From the NCBI RefSeq assembly GCF_902459465.1, contig NC_047063.1:11346001-11410000 (forward strand): a stretch of DNA of 64,000 bases. The letters run 5' to 3'. The stretch is from Asterias rubens. Taxonomy: Eukaryota. Position 1 is the stretch's first letter, and every line of letters starts with the position of its first letter. Below are positions 14,291 through 29,009 of this stretch, piece by piece. A program made the position numbers and the translations under genes. Below the pieces are notes generated by a model. It was not told the DNA's origin, ran no database searches, and saw only the letters and a program-made list of their open reading frames with translations.

Positions 14291-16845
14291 ATGCAGATAC
14301 AATATTGGTTAATATAATAAATTCCTTCTCATTTCCTAACAAATTAGTTTTGAATGTATGGCTCATATAACTCACTTTGCTACATGTCACCCTGTTGATA
14401 ATCTTTTGAATATTAATTTTAGAATTTGACAGACTCAAGATCAGAATGCAGTGTTCAGTTGAGACAAGTGGAACACATGAATTGCATTATATTATAGATG
14501 CTGATTAGTAATAGTTGTCAAAGTTAGAAAAGTTAACATCAAAATTATAAACAAAACGCCATTCAACACAATGTTTTAAAAGATTATTCATAAATACCCC
14601 AGACAGTTTCTCTACTCCTATTGGTGGAGAGCGCGTCACGTTGCGGTGTTTAAACGGTTGATAACGACCAGTGTTTATAACCGGCTGGCTTCCGCGTGTT
14701 AGGCGCACAAGATTATCACGTGGAACGCAATTCATAGCTATTAGTAACAATGCGTAATCTACTTCTAAGCGCACACGCGTAATCTATTTCTAAGCGCGCG
14801 CACGTACACACAACCCACGCGCAACAGACTCTTCACAAAGTTTTTGAAAACAATATTTCAAACCTCAATTTTCAACTGTCAAAATGTATTTTTTAAAGGT
14901 TTTTTAACAAAAGGGCATTTATTAATGGGAATAAAAGAGTAGTGACTCGTTCTTAAACGTCCGTTGCAGGGTCGTTGCCGTGCGCTAATCACATGGCAGT
15001 TCGACCCTGCCGGCTTTAAACGGCCGTGTAAGAACTCGTCGCTACCCTTTAATTCCCTTATTAACAGAGGAAGTATAATACGGTGATTACAACTCTCAAG
15101 CATTTCGGTGGTGTGGGGGGGGGGGCGGATGAAATATAGAAATGATAAATAAATAAATACTTGTATAGGTTTTAATAAACTGGAAGATGACACCCAGGTA
15201 ATATATTTTTCCAATATATTCTCCCACACCCTTCATGTACTATCATCACCTTCCAAGGTTGTTCTAACAACCTACAACAACTGGGTCCTCTGCTGAAGCG
15301 CTCCTTTTCTTCCCCCCAACCCAGAGACAGCACCATGTGTGCGTTCATTCATCCACTCATAAGAACCTCATTTCTTTCTCGGGCTCCATCAGGATTATTA
15401 GTCTTGGGGAAGAATTAATTTTTTCGGCTTCTCTCTCATAATCCCAAATAATAATGTCTAGCTATTAACCTTGAACTTACCCAAGCCATGCATCATGAGA
15501 GAGAAAGTGAGAAAGCTCATTGATAAATAAGCTCTGCAATTTTCTCCCTCGCTCTCGACGGTCGGTGAGGATGAAATAATTTTGGCATTGTACCATGTAG
15601 GTGTGTAATGATGAAAGGAGCGAGGAATGACTCTTAAGGGTCATGGTACGGGAAAAGTGCACTGTTTTTAATTGTTTATTGGATGTCTCATGAAATTCTC
15701 TTTGTAAAATTGTCTTTGTTAATTTTTTTTAATATAAATATTCACAGACTTCACAGTAAAGAGAATGGATGAGTATTATTGTTGCCCTTATCCAGCACAA
15801 GGCGCTTTAGGTTGATACTAAACACAAAGGCCACTTCTATTAACAGCCATTCATCTGATACAACCTATTAGATCAATTTTCCATAATTCTACCCTAAGCC
15901 GTCATCAGAGTACGAAAAATATGACCCTCTTATAACAGGTACAGTTGATTTCAAGCACTGATTGTAAAAGGAAATTGCATACTGTAAGAAATATCTGTGG
16001 AGACTACTTGTGAGTGATTTATGAAAGGCAGCTCCATAATACACTGTACATGTACCTTTTGAAAGGGTATAGAATGGCTCGGGTTTTTGTCCCATCGGAC
16101 CGGTGAAATTCCACACAAAAATATTGTTTCGTCTCTCCCAATGTGACCCCTTCTTTTCTCCAGGGGTCAGTCAGCGATGAATGCATTTGCATTCAGTGCG
16201 GCTCAGTGGACACGTACAAACTTGGGGGGGGGGGGGAAGGCTCAGGTTGTGATGTACAAGCTTGGGAGGGAAAGATTATTGTTGTTTCAGTATAAAGAAG
16301 CACAGACTTCCCCTGATATTGAGGGAGACGAAAGCAGGCTAGGGAAACAGGGTGTATGTAAACCCACTTGTGGCCTTCTTCTATAAACACTGTGGACAGA
16401 TTGCACTTTCTAACGTACATCATGAATTAATCAGACACTAGAGTTGGATATTTATCTGGGGTATAGTTGGTTTGCCAAGAGATACAACCTAAGTTAAACT
16501 GAACTTGCTTTAAACTTTAATAATGTTTGTAAGGCATGCAGTTAATGTGTTTGGACTCGACCTGAAAATGTTTCTTACCTTTTGATTTTATATTGACAAT
16601 GTGAACTCTGAATTATGTTTTTTGGGAGTTAAAACTTTTCGTGGCTGTTATAATTCTGGTTGAGGTTTATGACCAGTGACATGTATTGTGCATGTACTAC
16701 TTAATTACCTTTTTGTTATGTATTTTAATAGCAAAGCGGTCTCTTTTGGTTCAGATGACTCCGCATAATGGATTGTGACTAGGAGGTTAGGTCGGAAAAA
16801 CTTACAATATGCAAAGCCGCACTTACCTGAAGCTCGGCCCATACA

Positions 16846-17004
16846 AGTATGATACTTTCTGGGAATGCGAAGCAAGGTTTGACATCACAGGGCTCTTGTC
16901 GCAGCGAATGTTTTTATCATCTCTACTCTTCCGAAATATTTGTTGCAAATTTGTGACGCCGAAATTTGTATTTACTCGCATTCGCAGGAAGTATGAACCA
17001 GGCT
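16846..17004. mobile_element. Family F MITE copy
   Basis: Ends cgcattcgcaggaagtatgaaccaggct|TTA. Confidence 0.65.
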
Positions 17005-18299
17005 TTAAAGAGAGGTTTACATTTACAAGTATATTCATTGAGACACACATGAGAAAGAGGGGCACAGTATGGTACATGTACATTGTCTTGTTCACTCTTC
17101 ACAAGACGTCAGTACCCTCTTGACCGCCTCTATGGATTGGCTCTTTCTCTTGACATCTCCCTCATCATCATCAATAGTGACATCTCTGTAGATGGTATCT
17201 TAGCTTTGACTCACGAGGGTCATCATTCCTGTAGATCCATCATGCCCATGGCACAACCAGCAGAAATGCATTCCTGGATGGGTAGGAATAACTTAGAGTG
17301 GTCTTCTTGATTTGTTGGCAATTCAAATGTGTCATTTGGGTCAATATTTAGCCAACTCCTTGACAAGTTGCATTCAAATTAGTCATTCCAGAAACACACT
17401 TGGTGCAGTGAACTTGTATTAATAAGTGCCACATTAAAACGTGCCTTTGAAGAAGGGTATGTGTTCCAGTCTAAGTAAGTAAATGTATTTCCTATTTTTT
17501 AACTGCATTTATGTTCTTCAAGTTGGCCATGTTTGATTTAAAAACAGATTTGTAAAGTTGAGTAATGAAACAAAAAGTGAGTATGAATATTTTGAAGATT
17601 AAATGAAGGCATCTCCTTAGGAAAACAAAATTTAATTCAGAAGTCAGGTTCTAACTCAGCCCCAAAACAGAAACAAACATGTATACAATTTATACAATTT
17701 ATACATGTATACAATGTATACAATTTATTTTAAAAAAAAAGGTCAACTGAAAAACATGCATTATAATAAAATCAAATTAAGAAAAATTCAGAGCAAAGAT
17801 AACAAATAAAATAAATAAACAAAATGAAGTATAGTTTTATGAGAAATGATTCCAAAGAAATTTAAAATAAATTATTATAAAATAAACCAGAAAAATAAGG
17901 AGGAAATCAAAGAAAGAAAGTTAACATAGTTAAGAAGATACACTCTTCTATATGTGGGTGATGATGGGATCATAACACTTGTCCACACGCCCACGTCACA
18001 ACTGATGCTCCAGAATTGTCAATGATTTATTGTTGGTCTCTTTACCCCTACATGTATGTGCTTGCTGCTGTCAACAGGAAAAGAACTCAATGACATTTTC
18101 TGCTCTTTCTGCATTCAATTTGGTGGCCTTTCATGATTGTGCACTTTATTTCTGTGCGGCCGTGTCAGTCACATCTGTGTCAAATCTGTTATTAAGGAGC
18201 GATGCAATGGGAGAAAAGATAAGAAATGCTTGTACGCTTCAGATGTGTTTGGAAATGAGCGCTAATGGGAAGAAATACATCAGTATGGGATCGGGTTTT

Positions 18300-18485
18300 C
18301 ATGCCTGTATGGTTCGTTTTTTTTTTAAAGGGCAAGGGCAAGGGCACCAAGGCATTTTCTCCTTGGTAAAGAGCACGCTACGAGGAAGTTGTAAATTTCT
18401 ATTGGAGCATTTCGAGAGCACTGAGGCAATGACCAGGGGGCATAGAGGCAAATTGCTTTGTTGTCTCCATGAAGTACCAGGCCTG
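18300..18485 (+). mobile_element. MITE family A copy
   Basis: catgcctg...caggcctg termini, GGTTTT on both sides. Confidence 0.8.
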
Positions 18486-19250
18486 GGTTTTGAATACATG
18501 TTGCTTGGGTGTCAGTTCGAGAAACAGAGATATCGATTTGACCAAGAAGTACATTGTACGTTGGCATTGATTGCACTTTAGCAAAAAATTCACAAATGGC
18601 TTAAGGCCTCCCTCTCTGAATTTACAGATCGTTTAAAACCCATCAGTTCTCACCATGTCCTTTCTGATCAATTTTGATAAAAGTTGTCTAGAAAATGCAT
18701 GCTGTACATGGATCTGATTACTCTAGATTAGTAAAGTTACAGGTTTTCACCTTTTGGTACATGTCTATGTTCATGGAAAAGATGACAATGGGTTGTGGTT
18801 TGCATCTGTCCATGTGGTCAAATTCCTCAATGTGATTACACTTCATGCTGAGATGAGTCACAACTTTCAAATGTTTACTTTGGGAGGGATCGGTCACCAT
18901 GGTGACTGCAGATGGTCAGGTTATAAAACTGAATAGAGAAAAAGTTCAACCCCCATCGTATTATTTGATTGGTGGTAAAACTCTCAATGTGCAGGACACA
19001 GCTGTAGATACAGCTTGAACTTGAAGGGGGCCATGGGTGGTAGTCTTGATGATAACAGGTTTATATATGTTTGTAATATACTTGTAAATTCAATTGAATG
19101 TACAGGTTTATAGTGACATCAGAATCACTTGATAAAGTACATGCAGCTTGGTCAACACATGCACTATTATTTGATAAAGAACATTCAGCCCCCCCCCCCC
19201 ATTATTTTTGAGAGAGGCATACTAATTGAGGCTCAGGGTATGGTAAACAT

Positions 19251-19672
19251 CAGGCCTGTATACTTTATTTTTGAAAGGGCAAGGGCACCGTGACATTTTC
19301 TCTTTGATTAAGGGCACCCCTCTATGAGAAAATTGTAAATTTCTTCTGTAGTATTCAAGGGCACTGAGGCAATGACCAGGGGCCAATTTCATAGAGCTGC
19401 TTAAGCAAAAAATTTGCTTAAGCACGAAAATAGCTCGCTTGTTTTACACGTTACTGGCCAAAATTTCATGCCATATACATTGCTTGTGACTGGTATTTAG
19501 CTGTTGTTTACTTAGCATAACAATTGAATGGAGTCTTGGCCGGTAATCTGATTTTACTAAGCAAGGATTTTTTTTGCTTAAGCAAAATTTTGTGCTTAAG
19601 CAGCTCTATGAAATTGGGCCCAGGAGGCTTGGAGACAATCGCCTTTGTTGCCTCCTTAGAGTACCAGGACTG
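19251..19672 (+). mobile_element. MITE family A copy interrupted by a family B MITE
   Basis: Family A halves 19251-19379 and 19621-19672 rejoin to the consensus when the insert is removed. Confidence 0.8.
19380..19620. mobile_element. MITE family B (PIF/Harbinger-like), TIR GGGCCAATTTCATAGAGCTGCTTAAGCA, CAG target duplication
   Basis: Long near-perfect inverted termini with CAG on both sides; partial relatives near 39225-39283 and 52230-52277. Confidence 0.8.
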
Positions 19673-21045
19673 AAAAATGTAAATGAACAGTTGATATTTC
19701 AGAATTGTCATCTCATTTTAAAAATGTACTATTCCGATTATCACAATCTTAGAGAATTATCTTAGACTGCTCTAAGTATTCATTGATGATGGTAGTTCTT
19801 GACAGCAAGGTTCAAGAGAAAATTTGTTTGAACTGCTTTCCATCATTGAGAGGAAGGAATTAACATAGTATAACACAATTTTGCATTTGTACTGTTTTTC
19901 ATGAGGCCATGGGTTTTATTAACATGTGTTTGTATTCCATAATATTAGCAGCTTCGTTTGTTTCAGTTCAAAGTTCAAATTCCATGCTGCTTTGCATTTT
20001 TTGACAGTCTGAGAAAAAAAGAAAAAAAAGGGGGAAAAAAAGAACGAAAAGAGAAAGAAAGAAAACGTACTCTAGCCTTTAAATGCTGTTGGATTATTCA
20101 CCGAACTTATCCCACTTTGCCACTAATTTGTAAACCGATCATCAAAAGGGCACTCGTCATCCCTCTGAAGGAGTTGCAATCGAATCCCTCATCCTCCCAG
20201 TGACTCACACCTCAGCAAATATCGCCATCCAAAACCAATTTTCGGAGGTTCTGGAAAATGTCGTAGTAAAAATCCTGGGTTTTGCATCTGTTTTTTTTTT
20301 TTTTTTTTTTTTATGGGGGAAGAGGGGGATGAGTAGGGGTTTGCATTTGTTTGGACAGCAAGAATTTGGCAGGATTATTGGCGGATAGTATTTGACAATT
20401 CTATCACTTGCAGATGGCGTGTTATAGATTTTTTTTTATCACCGGACATTTTTACACAAAGTGAGTTGTAATATGTGAAGTGGAGAAATATTTGTTGGAA
20501 TGCCTTTGCTTAAGGTATATGAACAAATGAGAGGGACTTTTTTTTTTGTACATGAGCATGATAAAGGCTCTATGGGATGATGAAACAGTATTTACATAAA
20601 TGTGACGGTTCATTTGCTGTTTGTTACATTAAGCAGATACAATTGCACCATTCACTGTAGAAAATACTGTCTTACAGTCAACAGCAACATTTTACATTGA
20701 AATAAAGTAGATGCTAAAATGCAGGGCATTAATGTTATTAATGTTAGATGTTTGTATGACGATTGTTGTACTAATTTTTAGTTCTGGTGTAGAACTTAAT
20801 GTAGCACATAACTACCGTACATAACACTCAGTTCTTCCAAATTCATCTGCTGCCCTATATTGCTGTGAGTTTCAGCACAGAATGCCTTATTGGTTAAATG
20901 AAGTAAGTAATTTGTGTTACCCAAAGGGCCTGTTAGGTTCCGATTTAACCAAACCTGAGTGAAATTAATGAGATGACTCTTTGATCTCAAGACATTGCGC
21001 ACCTCAACTCTTATTCCTCCTGAATCGGTTTCACACTGCTCAACG

Positions 21046-21073
21046 CCCCCCCCCCCCCCCCCCCCCACCCCCC
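21046..21073 (+). repeat. C-rich tract
   Basis: Direct reading. Confidence 0.9.
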
Positions 21074-22221
21074 TCAAAAACATCCTAGAGGATTATTCCT
21101 GCGGGGCACGTCGGCCAAATCTAATTTTTACCCAATCATCAAGGAATCAGTTTGGCAGCGATTTTTTCCCCCCCGTTCTTCTCTATTCGTTCCTCACGAA
21201 TAGTGTCGTCTGCACAGATTGCGTTAATTACACCCATACGGCGACTTGATTGAATTGACCCCAATTCCTCCTGGCGTTCTGGACATTTTGGACAGTTTTG
21301 AAAAAAAAGAAATTGCTCCTTCATTTGATAGTCGTTCCCTGGTGTTGCAACACATCCTTTCCTGCAGGGTGGTTTCTTCCTTTTTCTTCAGTGCTGCTAC
21401 TTGTTGTTTCCCTCTTTGAACATTCAGACGCTGTAGATTATTTAAAAAGGAAAGAAAAAGTGAGGCCTGCGCCTGATTGTGTTCATAGATTACCGTCTCC
21501 CATAAGGACGGTAATTCAGTATTTTATCAGTGAATCTGTTTTTTAGGCTGCGTCTCCTTTCTTATGTTGGCGGTAATCAGTTGATCTTTTACCACTAATA
21601 ACTTCTCCCTTTCCTGCAAGTTTCTTTCCAAATATATATAAGAATGAAATCACCCCTTAGGGTTTGCCTCAGTGTAAAGTCTTGTAATTCCATGGCTTAC
21701 AATGCTGGTTCTTTTTCCATGGTTGATCCTCACTCGGTACTTCTGATAAATATTTATGGGAATCGTTCTTTTTGAGAAACCTTTCAAGAAAGTTTATATG
21801 TTGATTCGTTTAGTTCAAAAATCACTAAACTAGTGACCAAATCTGGTGAATGTTTTCTTTTTTAGTGTGAATTTTCAAACTTAAACTTTGTACATTATTT
21901 TCAATGAACGTTTTGGCATGAAACTGTTCATATACAGTACCTACGTTTAACTGAAAAGGTATTTAATCCCTGCCACCGGCATTCTTGTAATGTTCTGTTC
22001 CCTGTGTGCAACCAGTCATAAATGCTGATTCTTATTCATTAAAGGGGGCTCTCACTCCCTCCTGTGTCATCATCAGCTTGATTACCCTGATTGGAGTTTA
22101 AGAACTTAGACTGTTCCCTGAGAAAAACCCGTAGAATTTAAACGTGACTCTAATCAGTGCTTAATTTTCAATCTTCTCTTTGAAGAGCACACACCTCCAT
22201 GTCAAATATTAGTCCCTTTTT

Positions 22222-22386
22222 GTTATGGAGGCAACAAAAGCATTTGCCTCCATGCCCCTGGTCGTTGCCTTGGTGCCCTTGAAATGCTCTATGTAGAAAT
22301 TTACAATTTCCTCATACAGTGCCCTTTACCAATAAGAAATCCCCTTGGTGCCCTTGCCCTGTTAAACACGAAGCATACATGCATAG
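22222..22386 (-). mobile_element. MITE family A copy (degenerate ends)
   Basis: ttgcctccatgcccctggtcgttgccttggtgcccttgaaatgctc core. Confidence 0.75.
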
Positions 22387-24213
22387 TTCTACAAATTAAT
22401 GCTATTTATTTTCATACCTGTCAGGCTTCCTTGTCAAAGGGCAGCCGTAGTCCCGGGGAGCGGCAACTGCAAATGCAAGAAAAAATAGTATCGATTTGAG
22501 GCTTATCCAGGCCAAATCAAATAACGCTAATGCGCAATTCGTGTCCGGAAAAGTAGAACAACACTTTGAGGGCCATAGTCTTACGAGGCAGTTGTGTGGT
22601 GTTGTATCAATATCGGGGAGAGGCTTGTACGATAAACATGAAGGTAGAAAGATGTGCTTGTTTTGACTTGGAAGACACTCAGGCATTGATTGCTTGCAGG
22701 GAGACTCATTATCTACGGGCTAAATGGCAATGATTTAGTTAGCCAGATTTTTTTTACTAGCCACAATTCAATCCTGTTTCAAATTTTGTTTTTTGAATTG
22801 AAAAATGAAGGGTAGCATTTTAAACTTTGCATGGTGCAAGTACAACTAAGGTTTGCGGTAACACCGTGTGAGTATCTCTTTTTTACCATCTTAAGAATGT
22901 CTTGAAATGTTCAGGGTAATTTTGTGCACAAAAATGGAAAGAAGTTGGGATATATGCACATGTAGTCCTACTGAATGGCTTAGATTTGTTATGTTCACAA
23001 AGAGTAATACATTGACTTTGTTGAATACAGACTGCATGAAAAATTCATTGCACTCAATAAATCAGGAGGAAGAGCGTAAACATATTATTTATTTGCTTAT
23101 TATTATTTATACAACAATTTACATGAAAATTACAAAAATTCTCGCTCAAAACATCAAATCTAAAAATCACAAGGGATTTCATATATATCCAGATTGTTTT
23201 TTGGTCATAAGACTCAATTGCCACTTACTCGGTGGTTAAGGGGGGGGTCATGGAAACCCATCTGAGTGTACATATGGAAATTATTGAAGTCATATCTTTG
23301 GTCTGTTAAAGTCATGGGAAATTGTGAAAATGTGTCAAGCTATTTACAAGTCAAGGATTGGGGTACTTGAAACACCGCTATGGTTTGTTCAATTTATTTA
23401 TTGGGTCAAGTAACACAAATTGCTGGATGACCTGCAGAAATGTAACTAGGTGTTAAAAAGAAATGTCTCAAGTGTTTTTTTCTCTTCTTCTCCTTCAAAA
23501 ATTGTAAGAATTTAAAATGTAGGGCCTATGGAATGGTTTCAATGATGCTGCAGTACAATGTAGTGTGGTTCACGATGAAGATTTGTAAAACTAATAGGCC
23601 TATTGAAATAAATTTCAAATTTCACAAGGTTCAAACTCTCACATATTTGCACAGGTCAAGCTCTGTTGATTTTAATTATTGTACTGACAAAAAGAATGCA
23701 CTGAATTTCTTCTTAAATGTGTACTGGTAGCTCAAACGAATACAAAATATGAATATTTCTTTGTCAGTTACTCATCTACAGGGTGTAGTTAATTTTCCCG
23801 AGCTAGGCCGATTAGCTAACTGAGTCTTAAATATTTCTGGGGCTACAAATGTTGATTCCCCGGGTATGCGTGTACTACAACTTTGTTGTTGTAGCGATCA
23901 GCAATGTCCATCGCTACATAAAGAATGCGTAATTTAGACACCACTCTAGGCCTACCCTCATTATAGTCAACCAAAGTATGACCCTTTGAGTTTGACCCAA
24001 CAAGTAAAGAAGCCTGGTCTTTGACCTCAAGTGTAATAAAAACAGCTCCCCATGTAGAAAACAATAAACACTACCCATGTCAGTAAATAATGATGATGAT
24101 GATTTATTGTCCTGCGTTAAACCAATGGCATCCTCGGTAAACCATGGCTGTTGTAAAACAAGGTCTTATATGTATGTAGATGTATCATTGGCAAACTAAC
24201 TTTGCATGTTTAA

Positions 24214-24376
24214 AGCTTGGTTCATACTTCCTGTGAATGCGAATACAAAGTGAATTTTATTGTCACAGGGCAGTTTTGTAGCAAATGTTTCACATGAAAT
24301 GAGCACTAAGTCAACTGTTATATTCATTGCGATGTTGTGACGTCAAAAATTGTGTGGCATTCACAGGAAGTCATAC
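24214..24376. mobile_element. Family F MITE copy
   Basis: TAA|agcttggttcatacttcctgtgaatgcgaat start. Confidence 0.65.
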
Positions 24377-24945
24377 TCGAATTTGATAGGTTTCCCTAGA
24401 TTTCCCTGTTTTTCAGAAAGTTTTATATCAACTACATGTAGATTAGTGCTTATTATTTACAGCGACTTGTAGACTATCATTTGGTGAAGTTTGGGCTTAT
24501 TTGATGTGTCATATTCTCAAGAGAACACCACATATTTAGGCTACTTAATTGCTCATTCATGAGAAAATGATCTATAACTATACATTGTAGCACCAATACT
24601 TGAAGGTTTAGCAAAAATGATAATATGCCTACAATGAACAAACAATTCAAGATATTTTGTACAGAAAAAACTCCCTTTTTATCGTACAGTGAGTACCTTT
24701 TGAGTTGATGATTAACTGTATGATTTACAGACTTCATTAGTATTGGAGTGGCTACTAAACACAGCACTGACCTCCTTGTGTCACATACCATCCCAGCTAG
24801 CCAGACAAACACCCAATTACCCCTACATTGATTGACCAGCTGTCATGGTGATAAGACCCTAGTTAGAATATCCTGGTATGTGGCCTATTAACACCTTAGA
24901 CCACCATTACACACAGACAGATGGTAACCTCATGAGGTTACACAA

Positions 24946-25249
24946 ATCCCTGTGTTTCAGAATGTGAGCTGTTCAGTGATAAAACTAGTATCTTACTTAA
25001 GAATTGAACTATGGGGGGGGGGACACCTTTGGTATGTGTCAGACCAGTATTCTCACTTGGTGTATCCCAACACACAATTAATCCCTGTTTTTCAGAATGT
25101 GAGCTGTTCAGTGATAAAACTAGTATCTTACTTAAGAATTGAACTATGGGGGGGGGGGGGGACACCTTTGGTATGTGTCAGACCAGTATTCTCACTTGGT
25201 GTATCCCAACACCATAAAAAAACAGTATTCTCACCTGGTGTATCCCAAA
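24946..25249. repeat. 135-bp tandem duplication plus a partial third copy
   Basis: Near-identical units starting at 24946 and 25081; they differ mainly in G-run length. Confidence 0.95.
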
Positions 25250-25289
25250 ATACTATACATAAAATAACAAATCTGTGAACATTTTGATC

Positions 25290-25523
25290 CAATTAGTCAT
25301 TGAAGTTGCAGGAGATAAAATCAAAAGAAAAAACACCCTTGTTGCACAACTTTGTGTCCTTTCAGTTGTATAATATAAGGCTTGAAGTCTTTTAATATTT
25401 GAGTGAACACAGGTACATTACTTCAGAGGGAGCCGTTTCTCACAATGTTTAATACTATCAACAGCTCAGTTATAGGCCCTACTGGTAATTATTTTGAATA
25501 ACTACCAATAGTTTCCAGTGCCT
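25290..25523. mobile_element. Family C-related MITE fragment
   Basis: Ends ccaatagtttccagtgcct|TTAA; internal cagagggagccgtttctcacaatg shared with family C. Confidence 0.65.
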
Positions 25524-26886
25524 TTAACTTTAAAGCAGTGCTTCAATGTAAGTGACTTTCACTGCATCGTTCCTATGAAATCATCATGGCGTCAGATTTA
25601 GTGTGACAAAAGTGGGCCTCTTGTTTGAATTACATGTATGAACTCTGAACAAGTGTATTACGATTGCTATACCGTTCTTCTGTTTACAAGGCTGCCAATC
25701 CAAAACTGTATTATGGTTTTGTATTACTAGGCCTATATGGCAACCATCCCATGTAGGATTTTTCTTGCAATCCAGGTGTTACATTTCAACAAAACCATGT
25801 TTGCAAAAAAAAAAAGAAAAAAAGAGAAGAAAAAAAAAGAGAGAAAGAAAAAGAAAAGAGAGAAAAGGGGGGCCTTCCACTTAATTAAACGTCCTTCGGC
25901 GGCCTCTCTTTCCATCGCACTTTCAAAAACCATTCCTCAATTACTGTGTAGCTTACATGTATGCCGCCACTTAAAAAACCTCCCAACAAAGTCAAAGACA
26001 TATAATTCCAAGGGTATCACATATCCTATAAATCAATAAGGCCAATGGTGTGGAATCGTTTGCAATATCATGGTTTTTAAGGAGGGTAGAGGGTAGCTGG
26101 TATATGAAGTGGTAAAACCCTTATAATTGATAATGAGTCTCCATACAACTACAGTTATAAATGTTGAATAAGGCGGTTAGTTCCGTTATCAGTGAGTCAC
26201 GCTTTTATCAGGAACCGCTCTCTCAATAAAATAAAAAAAGTGCATCTTTTGGGAGCCTTTTAAGCATTCAAGTGTGTGTGAAATGTCTGCATGTTGAACC
26301 CATCATAAGGATGAATGATCATGATAAATATTGTTGTACAAATGATTGCAGTTGATCACCCAGTAGAGAATTAGAAAGGGAATGACATTCAGATGACAGT
26401 ATATTTTGTCAAGTGCTGTGTGCAAGGAAGAGATGGATCTTTTGGCTTCTGTTTTGCTTGAAAACCTTTGATAAATCAACCTGATTAGTCACAATGCAAT
26501 TTCAGCAAATGATCATGGTGTTAAGAAGTAATTGTAAGTAGTAAATTTGCAGGTACAACCATGTATAAAATCTCTTTTGAGAGGAGATCATGGTGTTCTT
26601 CTTTTCAGACCCAAGACAGTTCCATACACATTGAATGCTCTTGGAGAGGCAAGACTGTTCCAAAGATGGCTAGAAAGTTCCAATGCTTGAACGAAGGGCA
26701 ATACTTTGAGCAAAATTACCCTTTTATGGAACCAACTTGGCAAAGAGCAACACCACAAGCTTTAAATGGATTTCTATCATCATCTACACGGTCTGCTACA
26801 ATTGATTTGTTTACATTGGCCTAGATTTTGTCTGTATTATTGCACCATCCTGCAAATATAAATTCCCAATGTCTTTCAAGTCTTAA

Positions 26887-27257
26887 AGGCAGTGGACACT
26901 ATTGGTAATTGTCAAAGACTAGCCTTTACAGTTGGTGTTTCTCAACATATGCATAAAATAACAAACCTGTGAAAATTTCAGCTCAATCGATCATCGAACT
27001 TGCGAGATAATAATGAAAGAGAAAAACACCCTTGTCACACAAAGTTGTGTGCATTTAGATGGTTGATTTTGAGACCTCAAGTTCTAAATCTGAGGTCTCT
27101 AAATCAAATTCGTGGAAAATTACTTCTTTCTCAAAAACTATGGCACTTCAGAGGGAGCCATTTCTCACAATGTTTCATACCATCAACCTCTCCCCATTAC
27201 TCGTCACCAAGAAAGGTTTTATGCTAATAATTATTTTGAGTAATTACCAATAGTGTC
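26887..27257 (+). mobile_element. TTAA-site MITE family C (Kolobok-like; terminus AGGCAGTGGACACTATTGG), right end clipped
   Basis: TTAA|AGGCAGTGGACACTATTGGTAATT ... AATTACCAATAGTGTC. TTAA with a purine-purine start is Kolobok-like rather than piggyBac-like. Confidence 0.75.
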
Positions 27258-29009
27258 AAAAGAGAGGGAGGGGACATTTAAATAAATGTCTCCTCCCTCC
27301 CCCATCCACATTTATTCAAATTTATTTGGTTTCCCCAAAGTACTTGTTGAGATAGCTTATACTATGTGTACCAATCCATTTCAATCCCCGTCAACATATG
27401 TTTCCAAGAAGTCCGAGAAAAAGAAAATCCCCCAAACTGAAGGAAATCATTTTAAAGTCTTGGAAGATCAAACTGTGAGATGATCGTTGCATTCCTTTGG
27501 AGAGTACATTCATCACGTCTTGAATGTATCAGGTTTCAGTCAGGTACATGACCAGTAACTGATTGAAGGGATCAGAAACGATTGATATTTTTCATATAAA
27601 ATACGACAAGGTTTTTTTCCGATTCCGGTTTCTGTAGAAACGATTCAATGTTTTAAAATCAGCTGGCCTACGGTAATTGAAATTGCCATTGCACTTATAA
27701 TTACGTTTCAGCTGTTTATAAGAATTCTGTTCACCTTTCAGGCCTTTTTTGTGGTCTGAGATTAAAGTCCATTTCAAAAGATTTCTACCCAAAGAAAAAT
27801 GCATTACCACAAATAGGCATATGTTGGCAGATCTGTGGGGCAAAACCTGTAACTATACGTATAAGTGCATAGCAAATTTAATTTGGCCTCAAACTAAAAT
27901 TAAAGATACAAAGTGTAGAGACTTGTGTAATGTTTCATCATTTTTTTTAAGTATTTTTTTTTGGTATAAGATACACTGTTTGGACATGAAACACATATCG
28001 CACATACAAAAAACGGACATGATATTCTTCCTACTTTTGTCTGATTTACGTTTTGTTTTGTTGCCGTTGGAGAAATTAGAAAAACTGTGATTAAATAGCC
28101 TTAAAACTTTAGTCAAGCCTACATCATACGAACATCCAGGTTAGCTCTTAAACTGAATAAAATTGTCCCATTTTTTTCCCAAGGACCACATATCATGCAT
28201 GATGAAAGGGAACTTTAAGTACATGTATGTACAGTGACAACGCCACGAATCTGTTTTAACATACTGTGTAAAGTGCATTGGGGGAATATAGCACCTTGCG
28301 ACACTAGATGTTGATTATCAAATCGATCTTACAAGAGTGTACTGTGTGCATAGAGAGCCCCCCCCCCCGGACAGCTTTGGATGCTACTTGAGGAGATAAG
28401 ATAATTCTTAAAGCTAAAACACAGAAAGAGTAAAATTCCTGCCATGGGACAAAAAGAGGGGGAAAAAACAAAGAAGAAAAATACCTATCGGCTAATTTTG
28501 AATGTACTTGCAAGGGCAATTTCTATGTCATTGGCAAGCTTTTAGTTTCCCGTCAGCTTCACCCTGCAGTAGGTAAACTTACAACCACTTCATCAGGTCT
28601 TGGATTGTAGGGAAGAAATTTGCAATTCCAACCGACCGAGGAGAAACAGTGAAGATGAAGGGGAAGATGAGGAAGGGACAAGAAAAAAAAAGTCTTGTGC
28701 CGAAAGCTATTAAAATGACAGGCAAGAAGGACGAGAGGGTGGGATTTGTAAAGCACCCGAAGCGAGCATAATTGTCTGAGGGAAAAATGATCGCTCAAAA
28801 TCAACACCTTTTGCCTTGACGGGTTCTACTGGCACTTATGGTTTTATCACCCGTCCCTCATCTTGGTCTCATTCCTTTGTATCATTGGTGAGCATCTTGG
28901 AGACATGTTTTTATCACACCTCCCATGTTGCTCTCCCTCCCTCGCAACTCCCTTGATCTGAAGCTTCTTATGAATCCTTCTATAGACGTCTTCTTGTTAG
29001 CCTGGTTAA

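Noticed and set aside
17090-17310. Protein-looking minus-strand stretch (TIYRDVTIDDDEGDVKRK)
   Set aside because: Bounded by stops, with no proper acceptor and no partner exons found.
22402-22686. Minus-strand 94-aa ORF with a signal-peptide-like stretch (SILFFLAFAVAAP)
   Set aside because: The hydrophobic stretch is internal and not preceded by a Met; there is no splice context or recognisable family.
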